From Chiloscyllium plagiosum (Eukaryota), in assembly GCF_004010195.1 (NCBI RefSeq), contig NC_057749.1, forward strand, positions 17,005,750-17,067,749: a DNA stretch of 62,000 bases. Direction: 5' to 3'. Below the pieces are notes generated by a model. The model worked only from the letters and a program-made list of their open reading frames with translations, searched no databases and was not told the DNA's origin. Position numbers and translations under genes: made by a program. Every line of letters begins with the position of its first letter. Within the stretch, counting starts at the first letter, position 1. Shown here piece by piece: positions 49,261-57,473 of this stretch.

Positions 49261-52200
49261 TGGAGATACAGTGATTAAATGATAAGGGAAAGTTTTTTTA
49301 GATTAGATTCCCTACAACATGGAAACAGGCCATTTGGCCCAACAATTCCACACTGACCCTCTGAAGAGTAACTCACCCAACATTTCCCTCTATCTAATGC
49401 ACCTAACACTATGGGCAATTTAGCAAGGCCAATTCACCTGACCTGAACATCTTTGAACTGTGGGAGTAAACTGGAGCACCCGGAGGAAATCCACACAAAC
49501 ACGGGGAGAATGTGCAAACTCCACACAGACAGTCACCCGAGGCTGGAATTGAACCCGGGTCCCTGGCACTGTGAAGCTGCAGTGCTACCCACTGAGCCAC
49601 CATGCTGCCACAAATGCTTCCCAGAATTTAGACAGTTATTTGTTGAAAATAATCAAAATGTTAAAGGAATTGATAGATTAGGTAGAGAGAAAATAATTCC
49701 ACTGATTAGCAAATCTATGACTTGGCGATGTGGTCTAAAGACTGGAGGCAGATCTTTCAGAGTGTGATGAGTGGCACCTCATTCTCCTGGGAAGTTGAGT
49801 TCAGGTCTGTGCTCTATTCTAATTTGGTCCTTTTTCTCTTTGTTCTAATATTTCACAGGATACAGCCATCTTACTGCCCATCGTTAATTACCCTTGAACC
49901 TAATGGCTTACTGGGTCAGTTAAGAGACAACCAGACGGCTACAACTGCAGTCACACAGAGACCAGACTGGGTAAGGATGACAGATTCCCTTTCCGAAAGG
50001 ACATTAAGGAACCAGATGGGATTTTACATCAATTCAGATTCATTAATTGGATTTCAATTCAATTCCATCATCTCCATGGTTGGATTTGAAAGCAGTCCCA
50101 GAGCATTAGTCTCTGGATTACAAATCTACTGAGATTACTGTTACCTTATTATACACATTTGCACCAATTACATGGGCACTTGCTTATCCTAAATCTGAAT
50201 ATTAAAACTTCTCATTGCTGTTTTCATATCCCTCTTCGGCTTCAGCAGTCCCTATCTCTAAAAACCCCTCCACCTTCCATCTCCTTCATCCCTCCCTATC
50301 TCTGTCACCCCCACTAGACTCTACACCTCTCCCATCTCTGCAATCCCTTCCAACTCAGAGACCCCTCCCTATCTCTGTAAGCTTCATCAACCCCTATGCC
50401 TCTCCCTATCTCCGCAGCCCCCGCCAGCCCCTACATCCCTCCTTATCTCTATAACCTCCTCCAGCCCCTACACTTCTCCATATCTCTGTAAACCCCTCCA
50501 GCCCCTACATCACTCTGAGATTCAGACACCTATCTATTTCTAGCCCGTGCAGCATCGTGATTTTCATTGATGGCCATGTTTCAGCCTGAAATCTCCCCTC
50601 CTCTCTGTCTGTTCCTGAAGAAATATATCGCTGTTCCTTCCCTATTGCTGGGTCAAAACCTGGAATTCCCTCCCTCAGGGCATTGTGGGTCTACCTACAG
50701 CACATGGAACTCAGCGGTTCAAGCTCACCCCACCTTCTTTAGGGGCAACTAGGCCCAGCCAGCAATGCCCATGTCCCATGAATGGATTAACTGAAAATAT
50801 GCTCCTTGAGTCAGCTTTTGGCCATTTGATCTGATATTCTTCCTGCAGCTCAGTGCCACCTTCTATTTGTGACCGTCTTGAGAGGCACCTTGGGATATTT
50901 TACCATGCCAAAGGAGCTAGATAAATGCAAGTTGTTATTGTGTCCTTCCTTTTGAAGCACAGGGTAGCAAGAGAGACAGAGTGAATGGGAGAATTGGAGT
51001 CCTATAACAATAGGAAGGGACAAGAGTTCTCGATTGGCACTGCACTAGGCCACAGATTATCCTTGGTGTAACCCCATTTGAGAGAGAGCGTTATCAGCTA
51101 TTTGGCTAATCAGCTTGGTATTTCCTGATTTGAACAATGTGGCCTGGGTCAGGAATAGTTGCAGCACTGGGAAATACTCAGCCGCAGTACAGGAAATGGC
51201 TGGATGAGGACACACTGTTCCTTTACATACTGACTTATTACCACAGCAACTAGCTTCAAGCAGAAACTCTCTTCTTTATGCTACAACTCAAATCATCTCA
51301 ATGGGTGCCTTCAGCTCAGGGTCTCCATTTAAGGAAGCTGATGAGAGCGTGACCCTCCATCACCTGACCTTTCTAATTGGTCCGGGGCTTCCTCAATTGA
51401 AGGCCGTCTGGATACTGCTTGTGCCACTCTTCTCATATCTGACTCCTTCTGCTGCCCGTCCCTCCCCCAACGAGAACAGTGGTGCCCATTCCGCTCTGGG
51501 AAGCAGGTCTGAGCTGCAGAACTGTAACACCATAACAGGCCAGGCATGGCTGGGTTACAGATGGTTGCTAACACCCATTAGCACTAGAAACAAAGTAGTG
51601 CAGGTTGATGCTCCCCTGGTTGAATAGTCAGCCCAGGACCTCGAAGCTAACAACTGGTCTGGGTGGATAGTTCACATCAAGAGGCAATACCTGAGAGCGT
51701 GGATGCAGTAGATACATCGAGGCATGTTCTTACGGTCATAAATGTCGGTAGTTTCAGGGTAAAAGATCTACGGGAAAAGAAACATGGTATTATTCAATGA
51801 AAAACAATGTCAGGCCTGCTTCACTGATCAAAAGTACAAATTTCCTCAGATACTCTTAAGCGTATAAATAGTTCAGAATGTAAACAGACAGAACAATCAG
51901 GACGGCTGTAACCTTGGTCTGACTTTACCCAAAAGTTGGAAAGTTAGTCATCCCAACTCGATCTGTCACCCGAAGTACAATTAAACTCTCACTACCTCAC
52001 TTAGGGATTGCTGTCATTGGAGACTCGTTCAGGTTGCACAAGCAATGCTATTGGGATTCAGTTGATCGACCTTCCACACAGTGTTCACTTCTTGCTTCAC
52101 TCTGATCTCTGCTAACACCCTCCCCATTGTTCTGATCACGCTGTTGATGTTATTAGATTTTGGGCTCGTCAACACACCTTCAGCAATGCTGTGGTACAGC

Positions 52201-54240
52201 CATTAGTATATTCAAATGCTAACCCTCACCTTTAACGTGCCTGTCTACATTATATCACAAATGCTGAAACCATCTTAAAATGTCAGGGTCTGACAAGTAG
52301 CTCTGAAATTTTCTGCCTGGGAATCAGAACCTTATGGTTAGTCATAATGACTCCGGTTTGTGTGTGGGGAATGCACAAGCTACCGTAGAGAAACGTCAAC
52401 ATGGCAAAGGATTTTAAGGCTGAAGAAGGATATAGAGCAAGGATGGGATAAAGCTGTGAGGGATTTGGGATTTGGAAAGAATCAACACAAGCTTTAAAAC
52501 TGAATATTTCCAGAACAGGAGCCATTGTAGGTCACTAAGCCCAGGGGTGATGCATCAAAGCTTGGTGCAAGTTCAGATGCGGACAGGAGAAGTTTGGATC
52601 AGGTTAAGTTTACAAAGGGCAGAAGATGGGATAACGGGTGGGAGCACAGGGAAATAGTTGCATGTGGAAGTAACAGAGGCATAGATTAAGCTCTCAGTCC
52701 TCAGGTAGGTTGTGGTAGGACTGGGGATGGGCAATTTTTGAAATGTGAAAGTTGGCAGTCTTACTACAGAGAGAAAATGGAGCCAGAGGTTGGCTCGGTG
52801 CAGAGGTTATGAACTGTCTGTTTTCAGACACTGAATTACAGTTCACTATCAGGTAGTTATGGTGTATATGAATTGAATTAGTTACTTAAAGAAAACAACT
52901 TTTTGAAGCTTCTTACAGACATAAGAGCAAATTAGCAAAGCACAAATAACAGGATTCAGACACATTAAAACTAGAATAGCAGCTAACACAATCACGACAG
53001 CATCAAATGTAATGTTAATCCAGTCATTTCCAGAGATCAGGAAAGACACAGTGGACGCGAGGATGTGGAGGTTGGACAAGGGATGCATCAAATGTGGGTG
53101 TGATGCCTTCACAGTCAAATAGCCTACTAACGAGCAGACTTCTATCTGGGTGAAAAATAGGATAGCAATAACATTCATCACCAGCACATTAAGAGGGGAA
53201 AATTTTAATTTGTTTATGCATTTTAAATTAAACTGAGAAGCCTCCACTGGATTTCAAATCCTATGGCACGTATTGGAATTCTTTCAATGAACTAGCTTGA
53301 AAATAAAGCCAGCTTGAGGGTGAGTTGTGATGCTGGGCTGAAGCCAAGGTTACTGTGGTCTGAAGGAATCCTAGCAGCTCAGGGCGTGGAGCTAATGCCA
53401 GGGCAGGAAGTTTCCATGAATATGTTTCTGCAACGAACGAGAGAAGGAGAACAAACAGGAAGAGGTTTAAAACTCTCATCTGCCAACATTAGAAATCTGG
53501 GACAAATGCAAAAAATAATGGGAACCAACATTAGTAAAGGGAAGGATTGGAATATCTGTACTTTTACCCACAATCCTTGCTGTGACTGTTGGTTTCTCAA
53601 CTCAAGCAATGACAGAGTTTATTAACTTTCCATCATCGTTGCCTGCTTTGTTTGTACAGAACCAAGATGGTGCCAGAGAACACTCAGACTGTGAGCAAAA
53701 CAAAACCTCACCTTCGGCAGCCCAATGTTCGACATTGCGTTAAACCACTGGATGGTGTTGTCCGTGTGGCGGAAATGGAGCCCGGTTGCCTGTGTTTCGA
53801 TAGAAAAACAGAAAACACATGAAGGAAATCTCATCTTTTCACTTGCCCTAAACTCCCAATTGAATTGGTTAGCGACTGTCTTGTACTTATTGCCCTTAGT
53901 TTTGGATTCACTGCCCCCAAGTGGAAATTCCATAACAGTGAGAGAAAAAGTCAGCATAGAAAGCCCAGGTGGGCTATGATCGATTGAAGTATTGCCCCAG
54001 AGTCTTGGCTATGGCACCCTTTGTCTGCATCTGTCTGCTGTGATTTTCCCTCCCCACCTTGGTGCACGTGTGGTTGAGATTACCTTGTATCTGGTCTGTT
54101 CACAGTCGTAGATCTTTTTGAGCGACACTACCTTTGGACTAAAGAAATTGCCAAGTTTAGCAAGATACACTCCGTTTCTCAGCCCCTCCTCAAGTTCTGT
54201 TGTTGGAGGGAGCTCCTCATCCAAACATGCTTCCATCCAT
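97..54240 (-). CDS. IQGAP1: IQGAP1 (IQ motif-containing GTPase-activating-like protein 1), partial multi-exon CDS, 27 exons (~exons 3-29), 3645 nt
   Basis: The spliced translation follows human IQGAP1 in order: [20 protein letters not shown] (CH domain), repeats, WW, IQ motifs, then [29 protein letters not shown] (GRD). All junctions are GT-AG with matching phases. It looks closer to IQGAP1 than to IQGAP2/3 by recalled sequence. Confidence 0.96.
1029..1113 (-). CDS. IQGAP1: IQGAP1 exon ~28 (85 nt)
   Basis: atgcag|[28 protein letters not shown]|gtaggt. Confidence 0.96.
1384..1524 (-). CDS. IQGAP1: IQGAP1 exon ~27 (141 nt)
   Basis: tttcag|[47 protein letters not shown]|gtaagt. Confidence 0.96.
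3729..3953 (-). CDS. IQGAP1: IQGAP1 exon ~26 (225 nt)
   Basis: ctgcag|[57 protein letters not shown]|gtaaga. Confidence 0.96.
4044..4170 (-). mobile_element. 127-bp Penelope-end-derived insert flanked by a 15-bp target-site duplication
   Basis: Perfect direct repeat TGTATGTACAGAGAG at 4029-4043 and 4171-4185; the interior aligns to the 3' end of the Penelope-like copy at ~57103-57183. Confidence 0.85.
4136..4171 (-). ncRNA. Minimal type I hammerhead ribozyme motif (intact core)
   Basis: AUUC-CUGAAGA-A-GGGC(CUGU)GCCC-GAAAC-GUC-GAAU: full core, 4-bp stem I, 4-bp stem II, loopless palindromic ACGU helix III. Confidence 0.8.
4637..4800 (-). CDS. IQGAP1: IQGAP1 exon ~25 (164 nt), start of GRD
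   Basis: ctccag|[55 protein letters not shown]|gtaggt. Confidence 0.96.
5541..5696 (-). CDS. IQGAP1: IQGAP1 exon ~24 (156 nt)
   Basis: ttacag|[52 protein letters not shown]|gtaaac. Confidence 0.96.
5840..6517. repeat. Old degenerate ~21-23-bp tandem repeat (GATATTCCCATTATTCTGGG)
   Basis: Recurring ATTCCC..TT..GG units fill most of intron 23. Confidence 0.7.
6518..6726 (-). CDS. IQGAP1: IQGAP1 exon ~23 (209 nt)
   Basis: ggatag|[39 protein letters not shown]|gtaatg. Confidence 0.96.
7102..7171 (-). CDS. IQGAP1: IQGAP1 exon ~22 (70 nt), IQ4
   Basis: ttccag|[23 protein letters not shown]|gtgagt. Confidence 0.95.
7440..8290 (-). mobile_element. Older CR1-type LINE 3' fragment
   Basis: [25 protein letters not shown] and [12 protein letters not shown] on the minus strand. 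Confidence 0.75.
9098..9678. mobile_element. Adjacent inverted pair of a second tRNA-derived SINE family (9098-9427 +, ~9465-9678 -); further copies at ~25600-25900 (-), ~35545-35825 (+) and ~49850-50140 (-)
   Basis: CTGCCATCCTTACCTGGTCTGGCCTACATGTGACT versus AGTCACATGTAATCCAGATGAGGTAAGGATGGCAG. Confidence 0.75.
10374..10445 (-). CDS. IQGAP1: IQGAP1 exon ~21 (72 nt), IQ3
   Basis: ttacag|[24 protein letters not shown]|gtgagt. Confidence 0.95.
11411..11494 (-). CDS. IQGAP1: IQGAP1 exon ~20 (84 nt), IQ2
   Basis: ccacag|[28 protein letters not shown]|gtaaag; follows a 90-nt intron. Confidence 0.94.
11585..11755 (-). CDS. IQGAP1: IQGAP1 exon ~19 (171 nt), IQ1
   Basis: ccacag|[57 protein letters not shown]|gtatga. 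Confidence 0.96.
12524..12666 (-). CDS. IQGAP1: IQGAP1 exon ~18 (143 nt), WW domain
   Basis: ctgcag|[47 protein letters not shown]|gtacag. Confidence 0.95.
13098..13411 (+). mobile_element. HE1-type tRNA-derived V-SINE
   Basis: A-box TGGCTCAGTGG, B-box GGTTCGATTCC, central TGTGTGGAGTTTGCACATTCTC, CR1-like tail ending AATCTAATC. Confidence 0.85.
13770..13937 (-). CDS. IQGAP1: IQGAP1 exon ~17 (168 nt)
   Basis: gtctag|[55 protein letters not shown]|gtgagt. Confidence 0.95.
14420..14512. repeat. ~20-bp tandem repeat, 4 copies (GAGTGTGTCCCTGAGTGTGA)
   Basis: Direct inspection. Confidence 0.8.
14640..15587 (+). mobile_element. CR1 LINE 3' fragment
   Basis: [31 protein letters not shown]; tail GCTGTATGACTCTATGA. 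Confidence 0.88.
15649..15940 (+). mobile_element. HE1-type SINE
   Basis: Same body and tail as 13098-13411. Confidence 0.85.
16014..16104 (-). CDS. IQGAP1: IQGAP1 exon ~16 (91 nt)
   Basis: ccacag|[30 protein letters not shown]|gtgagt. Confidence 0.95.
16185..16529 (+). mobile_element. HE1-type SINE
   Basis: Same family. Confidence 0.85.
16621..16821. mobile_element. Fold-back (inverted) Penelope-end element with a degenerate hammerhead on + (16731-16766)
   Basis: Arms GCAGCATCT..AGAAAGCAGAGTTAACATTTCG and CGAAACGTTAATTCTGCTTTCTCT..AGATGCTGC; core CTGAAGA..GAAACGTT. Confidence 0.7.
17157..17442 (+). mobile_element. HE1-type SINE
   Basis: Same family; tail CTAATCTAATC. Confidence 0.85.
17843..17957 (+). 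promoter_or_regulatory. Three tandem CTCF motifs on a 38-bp period
   Basis: CCACCAGGGGGTGC (17864), CCACCAGGGGGCGC (17902, consensus core), CCACCGGGGGGGAA (17941). Confidence 0.7.
18765..19731 (+). mobile_element. Putative long solo LTR (boundaries uncertain)
   Basis: TTATGA..TCATAA short terminal inversion, TATA-like CATAAAA at 19061, AATAAA at ~19342 and ~19622; no TSD seen. Confidence 0.35.
20715..21560 (+). mobile_element. Decayed CR1 ORF1 fragment (Cys motif plus esterase)
   Basis: [30 protein letters not shown] resembles the VG(T/A)ND esterase motif seen near 42920. Confidence 0.6.
22200..22900 (+). mobile_element. Decayed CR1-type LINE 3' fragment
   Basis: Degenerate match to the LEYC/RL/GL..RRL region of the other CR1 tails. 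Confidence 0.6.
23068..23633. mobile_element. Penelope-derived element with ~130-bp inverted terminal arms, each with a decayed hammerhead
   Basis: AGTTAAAAATCACACAACAC (~23103) versus GTGTTGTGTGATTTTTAACT (~23633); CTGATGAAGGAGCAGCGCTCC at 23552 and a mirrored copy at ~23139-23172. Confidence 0.7.
24134..24926. other. Assembly gap (N run)
   Basis: N bases, flanked by poly-G and GA microsatellite. Confidence 1.
24947..25070. repeat. (GA)n/(GT)n compound microsatellite; other GA runs at ~18632, ~47509-47570, ~47780-47843 and ~49229
   Basis: Direct inspection. Confidence 0.85.
25107..25120. promoter_or_regulatory. RFX X-box
   Basis: GTTGCC-CT-GGCAAC with perfect half-sites, flanked by AACAG and CTGTT. 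Confidence 0.6.
27413..28310 (-). mobile_element. CR1 LINE 3' fragment
   Basis: [34 protein letters not shown]; the tail reads AGTCATAGAGTCATAGAG on +. Confidence 0.9.
28769..29378. repeat. ~32-bp minisatellite, ~19 copies (GAGTGAGAGACTGGGTAAACACTCCCCCAGCAC..)
   Basis: Direct inspection; C-run length varies between units. Confidence 0.95.
30270..30520. repeat. GA-rich degenerate repeat (CACAGTGATGAGG(AG)n)
   Basis: Direct inspection. Confidence 0.65.
31048..31211 (-). CDS. IQGAP1: IQGAP1 exon ~15 (164 nt)
   Basis: tcccag|[54 protein letters not shown]|gtatga. Confidence 0.95.
32566..32890 (+). mobile_element. HE1-type SINE
   Basis: Same family. Confidence 0.82.
32978..33102 (-). CDS. IQGAP1: IQGAP1 exon ~14 (125 nt)
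   Basis: tgacag|[41 protein letters not shown]|gtaagt. Confidence 0.95.
33489..33742 (-). mobile_element. Solo LTR (Gypsy-like) with 4-bp TSD AACA; interrupted by a ~50-bp CR1 tail
   Basis: The minus strand runs (C)GTAGTGATTG..AAATAAAG..TTTCA; AACA at 33485-33488 and 33743-33746. Confidence 0.75.
34125..34406 (+). mobile_element. Solo LTR, same family; a third 3'-partial copy at ~34761-34894
   Basis: TGTAGTGAT..CCAATCAG..GATATAAATA..AAATAAAG..TTATTTCA; TG..CA ends with CCAAT, TATA and polyA signals. Confidence 0.75.
35065..35225 (-). CDS. IQGAP1: IQGAP1 exon ~13 (161 nt)
   Basis: gaacag|[54 protein letters not shown]|gtaaga. Confidence 0.95.
36012..36256 (+). mobile_element. HE1-type SINE, 5'-truncated
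   Basis: GGGTTTCCTCTGGGTGCTCC..GGCCATGCTAAATTGCCC followed by the tail. Confidence 0.78.
36323..36486 (-). CDS. IQGAP1: IQGAP1 exon ~12 (164 nt)
   Basis: tttcag|[54 protein letters not shown]|gttggt. Confidence 0.95.
37344..37431 (-). CDS. IQGAP1: IQGAP1 exon ~11 (88 nt)
   Basis: gaacag|[29 protein letters not shown]|gtgagt; tandem CAG-GAG-CAG acceptors. Confidence 0.9.
37827..37990 (-). CDS. IQGAP1: IQGAP1 exon ~10 (164 nt)
   Basis: tttcag|[54 protein letters not shown]|gtaacg. Confidence 0.95.
38785..39122 (+). mobile_element. HE1-type SINE with a short duplicated head
   Basis: ATGGTGGCTCAGT occurs twice; tail AATCTAATCTAATCT. Confidence 0.87.
39785..40175 (-). mobile_element. Deu-domain (SacSINE1/AmnSINE-like) SINE; related copies at ~1845-2135, ~5060-5445, ~12070-12225 and ~48140-48250 (-), and a head at ~58420-58550 (+)
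   Basis: tRNA-like head (CCACTGAGCCA, GGGATTTGAACC on +) plus GACAGTGCAG..TCCCTCA core; family name recalled, not searched. Confidence 0.6.
40483..40573 (-). CDS. IQGAP1: IQGAP1 exon ~9 (91 nt)
   Basis: ttttaag|[30 protein letters not shown]|gtaagt; the AAG acceptor makes the 5' boundary slightly less certain. Confidence 0.9.
41200..41378 (-). CDS. IQGAP1: IQGAP1 exon ~8 (179 nt)
   Basis: ccacag|[41 protein letters not shown]|gtgggc. Confidence 0.95.
42579..42692 (-). CDS. IQGAP1: IQGAP1 exon ~7 (114 nt)
   Basis: tttcag|[37 protein letters not shown]|gtaagt. Confidence 0.96.
42884..45760 (+). mobile_element. CR1-clade (HER1-like) LINE, 5'-truncated with internal deletions: ORF1 esterase tail, APE endonuclease, partial RT, 3' tail
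   Basis: [10 protein letters not shown] and DGLHLN (ORF1); [16 protein letters not shown] (APE); [44 protein letters not shown] (RT). The segment carrying FADD is deleted near 45047; stops and frameshifts are present. Confidence 0.92.
46437..47140 (-). mobile_element. Decayed CR1-type LINE 3' fragment; related pieces at ~26800-27260, ~31520-31960, ~60130-60410 and ~61275-62000
   Basis: Shares ACCATTCAGCCC..GGCTGATCT..GAAGAAATTCCTC..CTCATTCTTCTAAACTCC motifs with 7530-8290. Confidence 0.65.
49013..49080 (-). CDS. IQGAP1: IQGAP1 exon ~6 (68 nt)
   Basis: tggcag|[22 protein letters not shown]|gtgagg. Confidence 0.95.
49298..49609 (-). mobile_element. HE1-type SINE (the only copy on the minus strand)
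   Basis: Reverse complement of the same family. Confidence 0.87.
50290..50512. repeat. Degenerate ~37-bp tandem repeat, ~6 copies (CTCCCTATCTCTGTAACCTCCTCCAGCCCCTACA)
   Basis: Direct inspection. Confidence 0.75.
51691..51767 (-). CDS. IQGAP1: IQGAP1 exon ~5 (77 nt)
   Basis: ccgtag|[26 protein letters not shown]|gtattg; too short for the ORF track. Confidence 0.96.
53712..53789 (-). CDS. IQGAP1: IQGAP1 exon ~4 (78 nt)
   Basis: acacag|[26 protein letters not shown]|gtgagg. Confidence 0.96.
54084..54240 (-). CDS. IQGAP1: IQGAP1 exon ~3 (157 nt), CH domain
   Basis: tttcag|[62 protein letters not shown]|gtaatc. Confidence 0.96.
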
Positions 54241-54614
54241 CTGAAAGACAGAGGAAAAGAGCATCCATTAGTTCAGGAATCTAGGGTGAAGGTTAAATAT
54301 TTTCTCCATAAATTTAAATAGAATTCTTAAACCTTTTTTGAGTATCTGATTGTTGATCCTCTGGCTTTGAGAATATTCTGCTTCATGTAGAAACAGACCG
54401 TGTCCATACCATACTTTGCTTTTTTCTGGTAAAGATGTGTCCACATAGTTACTTCATCTTCCCTTTGAAACAAGGCTCAACTTCACAAAATGTGATAATT
54501 CCATTTGATCTCAGTCATTCTTCTCTAAATTAACTCCAATGATTTTATAAACATTTGTCTGAAAAAAATTCTTAGTTTCCAATCTTCATCTTTGGGCGAC
54601 AATTCTCTACTTAC

Positions 54615-55690
54615 AACTGGGATAAGGTGGGGTGAGGGAAAATGAGGAAACTGGTGAAGTCCACATTGATGCCTGGAGTTGAGGCGGAAGATGAGGCGTT
54701 CTTCCTCCAGGCATCTGGTGGTGAGGGAGCGGTGGTGGAGGAGGCCCAGGACCTGCATGTCCTCGGCAGAGAGGGAGGGGGAGTTGAAATGTTTGGCCAC
54801 GGGGCGGTGGGGTTGATTGGTGCGGGTGTCCCGGAGATGTTCTATAAAGCGCTCTGCAAGAAAGTTTCCTCTATCTCCGATGTAGAGGAGACCGCATCGG
54901 GAGCAACGGATACAATAAATGACATTGGTGGATGTGCAGATGAAACTCTGATGGATGTGGAAGGCTCCTTTGGGGCCTTGGATGGAGGTGAGGGGGGAGG
55001 TGTGGGCACAGGTTTTGAAATTCCTGTGGTGGCAGGGGAAGGTGCAAGGAAGGGACAGTGGGTTGTTAGGGGGGGTGCGTGGACCTGACCAGGTAGTCGT
55101 GGGGAATGGTCTTTGCAGAAAGCGGATAGGGAGGTGAGGGAAATATATCTCTGGTGGTGGGGTCCATTTGTAGGTGGCAGAAATATCAGCGGATGATGTG
55201 ATTTATGCGAAGGTTGGTGGGGTGGAAAGTGAGGACTGGAGGGTTCTGTCCTTGTTGCGGTTGGAGGGGTGGGCTTCGAGGGTGGAGGTGTGGGACGTGG
55301 ATGAGATGCGTTGGAGGGCATTTTCAACCACATGGGAGGGGAAATTGCGGTTTTTAAAAGAAGGAGGCCAGCTGGTGTGTTCTGTGTTGGAAATGGTCCT
55401 CCTGGGAGCAGAGACGGCGGAGGCGGAGGAATTGGGAATAAGGGGTGGCATTTTTGCAGGAGGTAGGGTGGGAGGAGGTGTAATCCAGGTAGGTGTGGGA
55501 GTCGGTGGGTTTGTAAAAAGATATCAGTGTTGAGTCGGTCCTCGTGGATGGAGATGAAGAGATCTAGGAAGGGGAAGGAGGTGTCAGAGATAGTCCAGGT
55601 GAATTTGAGGTTGGGGTGGAATGTGTATTAGTGAAAATGATGAACTGTTCAACCTCCTCGTGGGAGTAAGAGGTGGCGCCGATGCAGAGC
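54615..55690 (-). mobile_element. Penelope-like retroelement fragment (RT C-terminus plus GIY-YIG endonuclease), degenerate
   Basis: The minus strand reads FICTSTNVIYCIRCSRCGLLYIG..EHLRDTRTNQPHRPVAKHFN (GIY-YIG) and RNFPSHVVENALQRISS; frameshifted. Confidence 0.85.
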
Positions 55691-56032
55691 CACCGATGTT
55701 CCTGCCACCCACCCAGTCCTGCCTTTTTTCCTTCATTTTCTTTTATTGAATGTATGTTTCTAATCAACCTGTCTGGAGCTGTGGGACATGAATCTGGGCC
55801 TGCTGGTTCAGGTGTAGGGACACTACCACTGCATCACAAGAGGGTCGTCCCTTTTCCCCTTTATATCAACTCAGTCACTTCATCAGTTCTCCCAGACACT
55901 TGCTTAAACAGAAGCCATATGAAAACTGTCTGGAGAGATCCTGGTTTATTGACATGGGATCCCAGAGAGAGCCAAGACTGATAGGCAGGGGAAAGGAAAC
56001 ATGAGGGAGGAGAAGGGAACAGGACTTATACA

Positions 56033-56780
56033 TTTCATGGTAAGGTCCTAAGGAGAGTTGCTGAACAAAGAGACCTTGGAGTGCAGGTTCATAGCTCCTT
56101 GCAAGTAGAGTCGTAGGTAGATAGGATAGTGAAGAAGGTGTTTGGTATGCTTTCCTTTATTGGTCAGAGTATTGAATACAGGAGTTGGAAGGTCATGTTG
56201 CAGCTGTACAGGACATTGGTTAGGCTACTTTTAGAATACTGCATACAATTCCGGTCTCCTTCCTGTCAGAAGGATGTTGTGAAACCTGAAAGGGTTCAGA
56301 AAAGATTTACAAGGATGTTGCCAGGGTTGGGGGGGTTTGAGCTACAGGGTGAGGCTGAACAGGCTGGGGCTGTTTTCCCTGGACCATTGGAGGCTGAGGG
56401 GTGGCCTTATAGAGGTTTATAAAATGATGAGGGACATGGATAGGATAAATAGGCAAGGTCTTTTTCCTGGGGTGGGGGAGTCCAGAACTAGAGGGCATAG
56501 GTTTAGGGTGGGAGGGGCAAGATATAAAAGAGACCTAAGGGGCAACATTTTCATGCAAAGGGTGGTATGTATATGGAATGAGCTGCCAGAGGAAGTAGTG
56601 GAGGCTGGTACAATTACAACATTTAAAAGGCATCTGAATGCCTATATGAATAGGAAGGGCTTAGAGCAATATGGGCCAGATGCTGGCAAATGGGATGACA
56701 TTAATTTAGGATATCTGGTCAGCATGGACAAGTTGAACTGAATGGTCTATTTTCTGTGCTGTATATCTCCATGATTCTAT
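56033..56780 (+). mobile_element. CR1 LINE 3' fragment
   Basis: Similar to 45050-45760; [31 protein letters not shown]. Confidence 0.9.
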
Positions 56781-57147
56781 GTGTGAATCTTTGTGTGGGG
56801 AAATTCAGGGTTGTGTGTGTGTTGTCTGCCTCTGCTGATCAAACATACACTCCCAGCAGACACAGCACTGCGACATTACAAGTTAATTAACCCCATTAGG
56901 TGCACTGCTGTCATATGCTCATAAACACCTGAGCAGGCTAAGGCTAACTCTCATGTAGGTTTGTTGTGAAAATACAGGAGAGTTCTATTCTATTTCATTC
57001 TAAGGATATGGCAAGCCAGATTTTAGTTACTCATCCCAAGCTGCCCTTGTGGCGTTATGTTGGCTCCTTAAAGCACAGCAATTGATGACGCTGGATTAGT
57101 GGTGCTGGAAGAGCACAGCAGTTCAGGCAGCATCCAAGGAGCAGCGA

Positions 57148-57183
57148 AATCGACGTTTCGGGCAAAAGCCCTTCATCAGGAAT
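57148..57183 (-). ncRNA. Minimal hammerhead ribozyme motif in the 3' region of a Penelope-like element
   Basis: AUUC-CUGAUGA-A-GGGC(UUUU)GCCC-GAAAC-GUC-GAUU; core intact, one U.U mismatch in stem I. Confidence 0.78.
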
Positions 57184-57473
57184 AAAGGCAGAGAGTCTGA
57201 AACGTGGAGAGATAAGCTGGAGGAGGGTGGGGGTTGGGAGAGAGTAGCATAGAGTACAATAGGTGAGTGGGGGAGGGGATGAAGGTGATAGGTCAGGGAG
57301 GAGAGGGTGGAGTGGATAGGTGGAAAAGGAGATAGGCAGGTAGGACAAGTCCGGACAAGTCATGGGGATAGTGCTGAGCTGCAAGTTTGGAACTAGGGTG
57401 AAGTGGGGGAAAGGGAAATGAGGAAACTGGTGAAGTCCACATTGATGCCCTGGGGTTGAAGTGTTCCGAGGCG

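Noticed and set aside
36400..54110. Substitutions versus human (DCEQ, KVAFT, MNRDA) as signs of pseudogenisation
   Set aside because: The frame, splice sites and all exons are intact; this is ordinary divergence.
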